Below are positions 39,558 to 50,482 of a DNA stretch of 64,000 bases, piece after piece (the stretch's first letter is position 1; each line of letters opens with the position of its first letter). The notes beneath the pieces were generated by a model, which saw only the letters and a program-made list of their open reading frames with translations, had not been told where the DNA came from and ran no database searches. The position numbers were made by a program, and so were the translations under genes. Origin of the DNA: Yuukianura sp. NJ FZ-2021 (lineage: Eukaryota); assembly GCA_046563655.1 (NCBI GenBank), contig CM102290.1, forward strand, positions 2,108,001 through 2,172,000. Reading direction: 5' to 3'.

Positions 39558-39729
39558 CAGCGTGGTTCAGAAATTTTAACTCAAAAATTAAGTTTTTTTT
39601 TTCTAAATGTGATCTTGCTTTTTTTTTATTAATAAAGGAGAAATCTAACTCCAGGAGAAAACAAGACTCTGGGGAAGATGAAACCAAAGTTTAACTTTCT
39701 CCGGGATGAAAACACTTTGAACCACTCTG
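39558..39729. mobile_element. Tc1/mariner-like MITE
   Basis: TA-CAGCGTGGTTCAGA...TTTGAACCACTCTG-TA. Confidence 0.6.
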
Positions 39730-40438
39730 TACATTTTTTTAGGTTACTTACTTAACTTAACAAGAGAAGAAGCAGTTGGGGGTACAACAAGTTCATTTAC
39801 AATTCATTGTTGTACCAGGTGGGTAATAGTAATCCCACACACTTTTTTTAGCAATCAAAGGCGCTCATTCATATCTTTCAATGTTAAAAGTCCATTGACA
39901 AAGGTGTAGAACACACCTTAAACAGCGTTGTAAACATAACTTAACATTTTTATGTTCAAACATTCCCACCACTTTGGAAACTTATTTCCACTTATGCTTT
40001 TATCGTTGTAAACAAAAGTCCCTACACGGCTAATCATCAATTTAACTAAAGTGCAGGGCCAATAATTGACATTTTCAAGACCCCGCTTCTTCCACACTTT
40101 TTTGAAAATTGGAGGCAAATTATGAAATCCAGTCACGTTATGAATAATATGAGCACGGTATTGTTTTGTGTAGGCGCGATTTTGGCATTTCTTAGAATTT
40201 TGATTTTGAATTTGTCCGGGTTTAGGAATAGCATAGGGTAGGGCTGGACGAGGGAACTTTTGAATAATTCATGCTTAACATAATGTCCATGATGTCCAGA
40301 CAAGCTGTCCAGACTCCATATGCTAATTTTGTCCATATTTGGAGATGTTGGGCAGCAGCAGTAGCAGCATGAAACAACTATCTGGTGCCCTAATACTACT
40401 ATCCTACGCTACTTTTTGACCGATACAGTGAATCAATG

Positions 40439-41199
40439 CCATAACCTAAGCAACAATAATCTAAGCATCCAAAAATTTAAGCAGACAAATATCTAAGCAT
40501 GCTTGAATAGGTAATTAGCACTGAAATTATGCTAACGAAACATAGCCTAAATCAACTAATCAAACATGATCCAAATCCACTGCAAGGTTGCTATAGCAAC
40601 AAAATAGTTTTCCTTTAATATGCTTGGCAAAAAATCCTGTTTTCGAGAAATCTCGAGTAAAACCAGGTGGTGGCCAAAACGTCCTAGCGACCAAAAACCG
40701 ATTTTTGAAATGTAAACAAACTCTCGCAGTGACGTCATTCCGAGAAAATACAGGTTTATCAAAGTTTTTAAGGTATTTTTTAGTTAACAGCGAAAGTTTT
40801 GAGGCTAAAATGATGAAAATGTTGAACAACACTGTAAATGAGCTAATTTCGATGAAAAAATTCCCATAGTAACGATATTTTGAAAAAAACAATCGTAAAG
40901 GACCTTACCTCTAGTATTCTATTTACCTTGGAGTAAAACAAATTTTTATACCTTTTTTTGTTTTTTCTACGTTTTACTCCTCTGAATTTGCAAATTCAAA
41001 AGCCATCTTTCCGAATTTTGAATTCCATTCACCATACCAACCGCGATTAAAACTAGGAGAATTCAGTTTTGAAAATTTTCCGCAAAAAACTTAAAACTCG
41101 CTTTATTGCCTAACCTGTTAAAGAAAAAGTATTTCTTTGCTTATCTACACCTTGATCCACTGTAACATCATGCTTAGATTTTTATTGCTTAGATTATGG
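40439..41199. mobile_element. Foldback element with CTAAGCA subrepeats hosting a nested hAT MITE
   Basis: ccataacctaagcaacaataatctaagcat at the left is the inverse of atgcttagatttttattgcttagattatgg at the right; true ends may extend a few bp further. Confidence 0.65.
40583..41154 (+). mobile_element. hAT-type MITE, family C (long form)
   Basis: CAAGGTTGCTATAGCAAC...CTACACCTTG; perfect 8-bp TSD atccactg; about 270 bp longer than the 14118 copy. Confidence 0.9.
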
Positions 41200-43240
41200 A
41201 GTGCTTCGAACACGGTTCCTTCCTACTGTTTAGAAAGCAATTAGTAGCTACAGCGGTGGACACATGTCACCACCCTCTTGGGTGACATCATGTTCCGAGG
41301 ATTAGGCTATGTTACAAGGTTGCGATTTGGAACTTAGGTGAAGATGTTAGGCTAACGGACGCTCCTTATGTGCTGGATCATGTCCGTCAACCGCCCACTT
41401 GAACCTCCCAACACCGGTAATGTGAGAAGTGGCCGTAAGATTAATGAGTCCTTGGGCGGATTCGGCATGGACCGTCTTCCAGAACTTGTTTGCAGAAACT
41501 AGTTTAGGTTAGGTTGTTAGTTCCCCCGTGTCCAGGGAAGTTGTGTAATAGTTACTCCCGGAAAAGATGGACAGAGCCAAGTGTTGCGGCACAGAGGAAG
41601 TGATTGATGGACAGAAGCAATTGGACAATGAGGCTGGGCCCTTGGTCCATTTATCATCGAGCCCCACCATGGTGGAGCCCCGTCGCCACCAGTCCGCTCC
41701 ACTTCAAAACTCCAAAACAAAACCTACCCTTGGAGAATTTTCCCAATTAATTTGAGAGACTTGACGGCTCAATTTACATGGAGGGGGATTGCTTTGCATG
41801 TAAAAGGAAGTCCAGGGTCAAACTTCACAAATTGAGGTCACGAATGATTAGGATCTAAAGACCATTAGGCCAAATTGGTCCAACATTTTATGCTCTCCAA
41901 CTGCCCAATCTCCGCTACAGATCAACTTTCAATTAAAACGTTTCCATTTTTGCAACGTTTCATTTTTGCAGCGTTTACATCTTTACAACTTTCCCATTTT
42001 TACAACTTCCAAAGTTTAAAAAAAAGCACGGTAGAAAAACCCATTTGGGACATGAGCTAATGGACACGCTTCGCTCCAACAAATTAGATTTTTAGTTCCC
42101 ATTTTGGAAAATTTAGAAAAACAAAGTTTTGTTCTAAACGACTTCAACTTTTTCGTCCTCGTACATTATTTTTTAAAATGAACACTTAAGACTTAACAAA
42201 TGTTATTTAAATTGCAGTTCATATTTTTTGTGACAAATGGTTTCGTATAACTACGGAATTTGAAACAAATTGGCCTAAATTTTGTCCAAATGGAGAAATA
42301 ATGTTGTACTTTTGAAAATTTGAAAATTCAAATTCTCCTTTTCTGTTTAATGTCGAAGGGAAATGGAGATTTTGATTTTGTATAAAGTTGCACATTCCTC
42401 TACTTTATTCAACTTTTATGAAGTTGGGAGAGAGCCTGGGAAATTGTCGTTCTCCATTTGAGTACTCAGAGATTTTGAAATTTGATTGAGTTTTAGAATT
42501 GTGAGAAAATGATTAAAATCTTAATAGTGTCATCAGGTTTATAGTCCTTTTTCAAAATGATCTTGGATACGAAATAGACGTTTTCTCTCCTATCTTAAGC
42601 CTTTCTCCTTTCCCTTTTTCCCGCCATTTTACGATTTCTCCAACTACGAGAGAGTAATTGCCAATAAAAGTTTTGCACATAATAACCAATGGTCCAGGGT
42701 CATAACTCCGCTCTCTCTCGCTCTCTTGCTTTTTCTTCCATAGGCTACCAAATGTTGCCAATTTATGGCACACGACCAACATCAACTCCCTAGTTTTTTT
42801 TTGAATAACTTGGGGAATCTGAGAACAAGTCGCAAAAACTCGCTAAACAAATTTGGCCAAAGTTGGAAAATTGGCAATTAGTTGCTTGAGACTAAAAACA
42901 TATCTGAGCATATGGTGTGCTTTGGTTTGATTTAAAAGTTATTTTTGCAAAAAAAAAGTTTGTTGCAAGGAAGAAATTAAGTGACTCATGCGGCTGTAGC
43001 AGATCAAGTGGAAATATCTGTATCATGTCGGATGTCTTTGTGGCTTAATTTATTGGTCAACTTTTCCACTGAAGCTCAGCAGGGCCGTCCGCAACATCCT
43101 ACCATAACAATTCATTCTTCAACAAAAAAAAATCAAGAAAAACTTCTCTTTAGGAATGGACAGAACAACCAAAATTTTGATTTTTGATTCGTGGCCCTTT
43201 GACCCCACTGTGATCTCTCCGAAAAATTGCAGCAGCATAT

Positions 43241-43520
43241 CAAGGTTTGTTGACTTTGATTTTTTTTAACAGGTTGGGTAATACCACATTTTTTTTTGAT
43301 TTTGCAAAAAAAAAGTGTGTTTTTATGTCAGGGCATCGTAGTCATAACAATACAGCCGAATTTTTTAAATACGAATACTTGCAAACGAATTGGTAGCAAT
43401 TTTTTGGAATGGTTCTAAAATTGGTACCAATTTTTGTTTTTTTTCCCGTTGTTCTGTCAACAAGCGAGGTAGTACCCAACCTGTTGAAGTAAATTAACTT
43501 TACGTTGTCAAGGAACCTTG
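43241..43520 (-). mobile_element. hAT-type MITE, family A, inverted orientation
   Basis: CAAGGTTTGTTGAC...GTTGTCAAGGAACCTTG; no TSD visible. Confidence 0.85.
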
Positions 43521-45778
43521 AGAATTTAAATTTTACGTTGAAAATTAAAAAAAAAACGAAAGTTTGACGTTGGGTGAACTTGGTTGCACGCCGCCTACAA
43601 ACAACATTCTTTTGGGTAAAAAAAAACGATAAAATTTTGTTTGTTTTTCTATAAATCCATCGTTTTCTGTTCTAATTTTAAAAATTTGTCATCCCCGTAT
43701 TTCTATTGTCATGTGATAGGAATCTGGAACTAAAAAAAAAAGAACAGATAAACCACTTCTGAGAAAAAAGTAAAAGTTATTTTATTGTGAAACGAAAAAT
43801 AACTTCTTTTTTTCCCAAAAAGAATATTTTTTTGTGTGAAAATAATTTTTTTCATTTCAACAAATACTTGTTCATTTCGGAAAAGAAAATTTACACAATG
43901 GGGAGATGAATAATGGAAGTTGGTTTCGTAAACCTTAAAATCCCTGTAATTTCTCCATACAAAAAATAGCTTTCTCGAAAATCGCCTGCGGATTTTAGAT
44001 AGAAAAGAACTAAAAAAAAGTCTATAGTGCCAGACTACATTTATTTTTTTGAATTTCCAAAAAAAAATGTAATTATTGGACTTGGGAAGTTGGCCATTTT
44101 TTGAGTCCATTGTTAGAAGCTGAGCTTTTGGTGGAGCGAGCGTGGATGTCCCATTTCATTGGATTAGTTTTTTCCGCCTCCTTGAGAAATGAAATGGAAC
44201 TCTCGTATTATCTTCTTTTGTTGTAAGTTCGAGTAAGGATTTCCCGAATTCTGTGCGTCTTGTTGCCATTTGATCTCTCTCGTCCTGGATCCATTCTGGA
44301 AGTGGTTCCATAACGTTAGCACGACAACCTAACCTAAAAGAGGCTTGGTTAGTTCCAGTTCCATAACTGGGAAGTTGGCGTGATCATGATCCCGGGTGCT
44401 CTTCAATGCTTTCCTTTCCAATTGAAATCAAATCTTCCTTGTCAGGCAATCCAGAAGCAGCAGAGGCTCAAGCACTGGTCGTCACATTCGATTAAATGGG
44501 CACAAGAACGAGTCTTGACTGTGTCGGTCACTGTGTTACTGCTGCGAGACGCCAAAAAATTCATACACAATCATAAAAACGTTAATCCATTTTCACTTTT
44601 TCAAAAATTTCAAAAAAAAAAGAACAGTTCTTACTTCATTTTTTGAATTGAACATTACTTGTGGAGATTCCTTTGTGACAGGGCGTGCTTTACTCGTTGG
44701 ACAGAAAACGAAAAGTTGAAAAAATTTAAACATTGAAAGATTTCTTTGTTTTCTGAGAAGAATGCCAACAGAAGTTCTCCGAAGTTTTTGAAACTCCTAA
44801 AAATAAAACAGAGAAAAAATTGTAGAATTTTCTAAATTCCTGGTGATTCTTGGCTTTGTTTTTAGTTCGAAATAAAAATTATATTATTGTTGCCTGCGTG
44901 GAGTTAAACTTACACCGTTTTTGTTACAAAATGACTAGACATGCGCGTGACACTCTTTAAGTTATTTTCCAGATGAAACGATAATTTGCATCTATCTTGC
45001 AAGGAAAAAAGGAAATACGTTTTCAAAAAAAAAGATGAACAACGTAGTAAAAGTCCTGTTAATCCACAATCCAGATCCATCTTTATACATTTTCTAAGAA
45101 AAACGAGAAAAAAAAACAGCTCGTGCTTTTATAGTGTTTTTTTTTTGAACAAATGGAAAGATAGGATAAAAAAAAAAGAGTTTTTGGCTTTTATTTACTC
45201 CAAATAAATTCATTCCAATAAATCCAAATAAAAGTAAACATTCAACTTGTCGAAGATAAAAAAATTAAACTTGATTTTAGGTTTCCCGAAATTTCCAAAA
45301 TTTGATAAATTTTGAAATTGTTGATATAAGTAGTTCACTGTTTGACCTTCAACATCTTTTCTAAATCCCATTCAAGAAAATTTCTTCAGCCTAATATTCT
45401 AAACAAGGAAAAACGAAACGGATCCAGTCGTTTCCGTTTTTTTTTTCGAAAAAATTTCCATTTCTAAAAAAAATTTATGGCATGGAAGGAATTATCCTCT
45501 CTAAAAGGCAACAACGGGTAATCACTGAATGAGATCAATATCACGCGTCCTCATTTGGTATTCAACGACTAGTCTAAATCTTAGAACTCATAAAAGAACA
45601 AAAAAAAAAGTTTTAAACCAAAAAAGAAAAACGTTAAGAAACTTTAAACTTTTTTCGTAATATACTTCAGAACTTCAGTTCCAAAAAATAGCGTAGTAAT
45701 TTTTTTTTTGTAAAAGTGAACAGAGGTATTTGAAATTATTAGTTTTTGAGTGAGGTTTAGTATTTTGCTGTTTTCGTG

Positions 45779-48700
45779 TTATTCGTCTACTTCGACCGAG
45801 TCCAATTCGTAGTCCAGGACTCGTGTTGTGGCAAATGTTGTGCCCAGTTTTTGATAGCATTCGTCCAACTTCTTGATGAACCAGTCGATATCCTTCCGTT
45901 CCATTCCAATTGTGGCAGCGGCTGTCAAGTACGGCAGTGGAAACGAATTGCAATGAGCTCCCCAACCACGAAATTGATGGCCCTCGATCGTCTTCACCTC
46001 TAATCCTGTCACGACACGACATCCGCCTACATGACGACGGAAGAGCATGGAACCGATTTGCGTGATCACCTTACATCGTGAATCGGGTTTATCCAGATGA
46101 GGAGCAATGTTGTTCAGACTCATGGCTAAACAAAGTAAAACAAAAATCAAAACACGTCTAGTGCAGAACAAAAGTTTTTTAAGCTCCGAAATCCCTTTTT
46201 TTCTTACCGATTGAAATTCGATTGTGCGGAGTCGGAAGAACTTTCTCTTGCAGAGACAACGCCAGACCTTCCAGACTCTGTTTCAAATAAGCAAAATTTT
46301 CTTTGGCTTGAAGCATAAGTTTACTGTAGCCAGAAGATCCCATTGACAGTAGCGTAATGAGAACGTCCACTGCTTGACTTGAGGAGGCCCGTCCTAAAAG
46401 AAAGTACAAAAAAGTACAAAAAAAAAGTTGAAAAGGAATGGTAGAATGTTTCTTACCAGGATAAGTTTGTCGAATCTTGAGGACTAGATCTTTGTTGAAT
46501 CCAGCAATTATGGCTCCACCCACGGGAACCATTAGGTTTTTATCAGTACTCTGCACGAAGACGTCTAAGCGACCGGCTCTAAAGATTAGAAAACAGAAAA
46601 AAAAAAGTAGGGAGAAGTTGAGTTACAAATTCGACAAAGAGAAAAGAAAAGAAATTTTTTGGTTTAATGGGATACATCACGATTCATTTTCATTTCATGA
46701 AGATGAAAAAAGAATGGGAACTTACTCTGATCCTTCCAGAATTTGATGCGTACAGAGAGAATTTTGAAGGCCATAGGCATTATTGACAACATGAAAGATA
46801 TTTTGGTCTTGACAAAGTTTGGACACGGGTTCCAGTGAATCCGAAACTCGTGGAGCAAAACAGCTCGTCGTTGTGAGAAAGCAGAGGATATTCTCTGCCC
46901 CGTAAACTTTTACTACAGATTCCATTTCCTCCAAATTACTTTGTACTTCTCCAAAATTCCCTTCTACTTTCCCTTCGATTATGAGTGGTTCCAGTCCTGC
47001 AACAAATCACGCACAAAACAATTTCAGTAAAAAAAAACATAAAACAATAATTTTTTAGAAAGAATCAGCACGGCAAATTCTTCTTTTTCATAAATCATCT
47101 CTACAAAATTTCCAAACTTTTACTACAGATTTTGACTCAAATTGAAATATAGATTCGTTCCGCTTTAACTTTATCATTCCCAAATTAACATTTTTTACTA
47201 AAAATTTCCAGAAAAGTGGTAAGGAACCAGGGAAAGTGAAAGAAATTAGACAACTTTGGTAGAGAGAAAGCGAAATCATGGTTCGCTGAATCAAACATAC
47301 ATATACGAAACATACGTTTTAAACGTCGTTTTAAACGTAGAGGAAAAAGACGTACGTCTTTTTCGTCTGTTTCACAAGGGCTAAATTTGAATATTTTTGA
47401 CCGGTTTCAACTTTTTTGAAACAAAACGAAGAGTTTATTAGAAGTTTGCTTGGTTTTACCTTTGGGCAGTGACTTCAGTATTCATGTGATAGGTGTATTG
47501 TAAGCTAAATTTGAATTTAAGCGTAGTTGAAACGAAAATACCTCGTAAAACGATTTAATATCAATATTGATTAAGACGGGAAAAAGACGGGCGTTTAAAA
47601 CGAAAAAGACGTATGTTTCGTATTTTTCCCAAAAAGACGTTTTTTTCGAACCCTGAGCGAAATGCTGTTTGTAAATAATTGGTTGGCGTTTAGACAATCC
47701 TTTCTCAGATGGGTGAGCAATTTAAGAAGAATACAAAGCAACAGGGATTATTGGCACACAAACAAAAAGAAAAGAAAGTTCCCGTTTAACTTTGATCTGA
47801 TTTTAGGGATTTGATTTTTTTCCCTGACTTTTTAGATTTTCTTCCTCTTCCCTTTTGTTTCAAATTCCAAATCAAATCCAGTCGAATAAATTCTAAACTA
47901 AAAGGAAATCAAATGAAATCCAAAGAGGAAATTGGTTCAAACCTCTCCAATTTCCTTTCCCTTTTCTGTTTCTCTTACACCACCCAAACCGATTACTCCA
48001 ATATGAATGACGAAGATGAGCCAAAGTTAACACGGAAGACGGAAATGGCTCCAAAAAAGACAAAGAAAAGGCTTAAATGGATTAAGATTAGCGCGTGCAA
48101 GGAACCAAAAGACGAAACAAGTCGTTGAAGAATGAGGATTCTTTTCTAAATAACTTGAATTTTTTTTTGGAAAAACCAAATTCCACCAAAGCGGAAGTAT
48201 TTTGGCGGAATTTGGTGACAACTAGATCGTACCTGCCGTGATAATGGACTTGAAACACGACTTTTGATCAATTCTGGACCAAATCACGAATTTTGCTTTC
48301 GGTTTCTCTCGTTTCAGTGTTAACAAAACGAGTGTCAGACTCATGCCGGTAGCCATTGGACACAGAAAAGCTGCAGCAACTTTGGATGAAACTGAAAGCA
48401 ACAAAGAGGCATAAAATATCAAAAAGGAACGCTAAATTGTACAACATGTTGTCACCAACCCAAGGTTTTGCACACTTCCAATACGAGGGCATTGACTAAA
48501 CTGGACAACAAGCTTGATCCAATGGCCTTCGGTTGAGGTTCACCCAAATCACCAGAACGGCCAATCCCATGACAAAGTCCAAAATGCCGTCGCCTCACAA
48601 TTGCTGCAATTGAAAATAACACGCAGTCGATGTACTTCCTTTCTTCCTTACTGATTCGTGATAGTACTTGAGACAAATATTTAAATATTCTTACGGGAAT

Positions 48701-49462
48701 AAATTCGTGCTTCTCGCTCTCCAACTGCAATTCTTGTAACGTAATTGTTGCTGTCCATAGCAGCTAATTGTTGAACGAACATTTCGATTGACAGGTCATC
48801 CCAACCTTCTTTTTGCCATTTACGCTGGAAAGAAGAAACAAAAAATGTTAGAATTGTTTTTACACCAAACTGGTTCAAGGTTTGCATATGATAAAATACA
48901 CCTCTTCCAGAAGAATTCTCACACGCCGCTCCCGTGTAGCTGTCGCCTGGAGTCCTTGTTGTAGATAATTGGCTGGAATCAGCTTTGGACTCGCTACTTC
49001 CAAAACATTCTTAGGAATCACTTCATTGGGTTTAAGCTTCATCTTTTCGTTAATTGAGTCAGAATTTAAGGCAGCGCGGGGCACTTCTTCATCTGAGTCC
49101 TCTTCGGAAGTACTAGAAGTAGAGTTGCGCAATGGAACAACCGGACGGGAAGGCGAAACAGACTTTTTTCGTGCAGTACTCGTAGTTGGAGCTGGTGCCT
49201 TTTCAGGTTTAGCAGGTTTTAGAACAGGAACTGGGATCGGAACTGGTACCGGTGATGGCGAAGGTTTGCGTGGCGTGGAAGTAGAAGGTTTGCGTTTCGC
49301 AGTGTCTTCTGCGTCGGATCGTTTTTTCGATGAGCGCGATTTTGCGGAGCTTCGATGAACTTCTTCAATCTCAGGCGAACGGTACCGCTTGTCCTTGTCT
49401 TGGTCTCGTCGTGAGTGGGATTTCCCGTCGAAGTTCTGTTTTGACCGTCCAGGTCGGTCCAT
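45779..49462 (-). CDS. SEPSECS: O-phosphoseryl-tRNA(Sec) selenium transferase (Sec synthase), 639 aa including an N-terminal extension; exons 49462-48902, 48824-48695, 48603-48460, 48391-48233, 46996-46726, 46578-46457, 46393-46208, 46125-45779
   Basis: Family motifs [80 protein letters not shown] (PLP lysine), YPGRAS, GSMLF and [10 protein letters not shown]; all junctions in phase. Confidence 0.96.
47277..47655. mobile_element. hAT-type MITE, family D, in SepSecS intron 4
   Basis: CATGGTTCG...CGAACCCTG; perfect 8-bp TSD agcgaaat; subterminal repeats atacgaaacatacgt, cgttttaaacg and aaaagacgt. Confidence 0.85.
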
Positions 49463-49759
49463 TTTGGAGTATGTATCAAACCTGCCAAAGGATGAATATC
49501 GTTGTATTTTCGTTTCGACTTGCAGGTACAAGGTACCTGCTTCTCGCTTACACGTTTCAAGCGCGTGACAAACACTTGATCGCGGAGGTATGTATCGGTT
49601 GCTATGAGGATTGATTTTTAAAACTTCTTTCATATACTTTTAAGAATAAAGAAACCCGTCGCTCGGCAAACAAAAAGATCGACATACTGAGCAATAAATT
49701 ATTGAAGCAATCCTTACCTCGTCAACTGCTGGGATGCAGCAAGGATGAAGTAAAAACTA

Positions 49760-50300
49760 TGCTCGAACACTTTAGACTTTAATTGATTTAATTGTTTAGC
49801 TAATCTCAATCCGTGACCTGCATCTTTCGTTCCGTGTGGCAGCAAACGATAAAGTTTTTTTTTGTTTTCCTTGTCACGTCATTTTGCCGCCTCCGAAATT
49901 CAAATTCCAAAAGAGGTGAGAACACGAAATTCCTCGAAGCAAATTTCACAATACATTTCGAAGTTAGTAAATTAATTATATTGTAACAATTGTTAATTAG
50001 TCCGACCTTTATTGTTCAAATTAAATGCTAAATTAAGAAAGCTAATTAAAATTGTGATGCGCAATTGGTAACTAGGTATCTAGATACCAAAAGTACCCTG
50101 TCTCAGGTCTCACTGAAGGTCACCGTCATCTTCTCTCATCCTCACTCGCCCGCCTTTAAACCAGGAAGCGGGAACACTCTCTTTTCAAATTTCAATTCTA
50201 CATTTTTGGCCGTTCTTTTTCAATTTTTGTTTCATTTATTTTCTAATTCACATTGTTACCATAGTGATTTTGTCAAATTATCCGGTATCAACACGCTGTT
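49760..50300. promoter_or_regulatory. Probable bidirectional promoter region (SepSecS / SMPD4)
   Basis: Divergent start codons about 1 kb apart (49462 and 50483); minus-strand 5'UTR donor gag|gtaagg near 49717. Transcription start sites are inferred only. Confidence 0.45.
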
Positions 50301-50482
50301 TAACTCCGGACGACATCATCACTACACTAATAATATCACTGGATGCTACTCGTTTTTGACTTCCAACATCATCGACTGCCAGTTCCGCAGGACAGGAGTG
50401 AGCCAATCAGGATCGTCGTGACGTGATCTTTACAGGTCAAAGAGGTGAGCTCAACGCAGGAACAGCAGGTCATCTTCAGGGA

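Noticed and set aside
3242..43520. Dispersed repeats as a CRISPR-like array or SINE family
   Set aside because: They are not regularly spaced, have TIRs and 8-bp TSDs, and lack Pol III boxes or A-tails; they are DNA-transposon MITEs.
37700..45700. Numerous 60-126 aa ORFs
   Set aside because: Low-complexity F/K/L-rich translations of AT-rich or MITE DNA, with no domains or consistent splice phases.
48969..49358. Plus-strand 129-aa ORF with GTG-like repeats
   Set aside because: Antisense of the Pro/Val-rich SepSecS extension.
49463..49633. Further 57-codon extension of SepSecS from the ATG at 49633
   Set aside because: Most of it lies upstream of a good acceptor (exon start 49481) and downstream of a 5'UTR donor near 49717, so it is most likely intronic.
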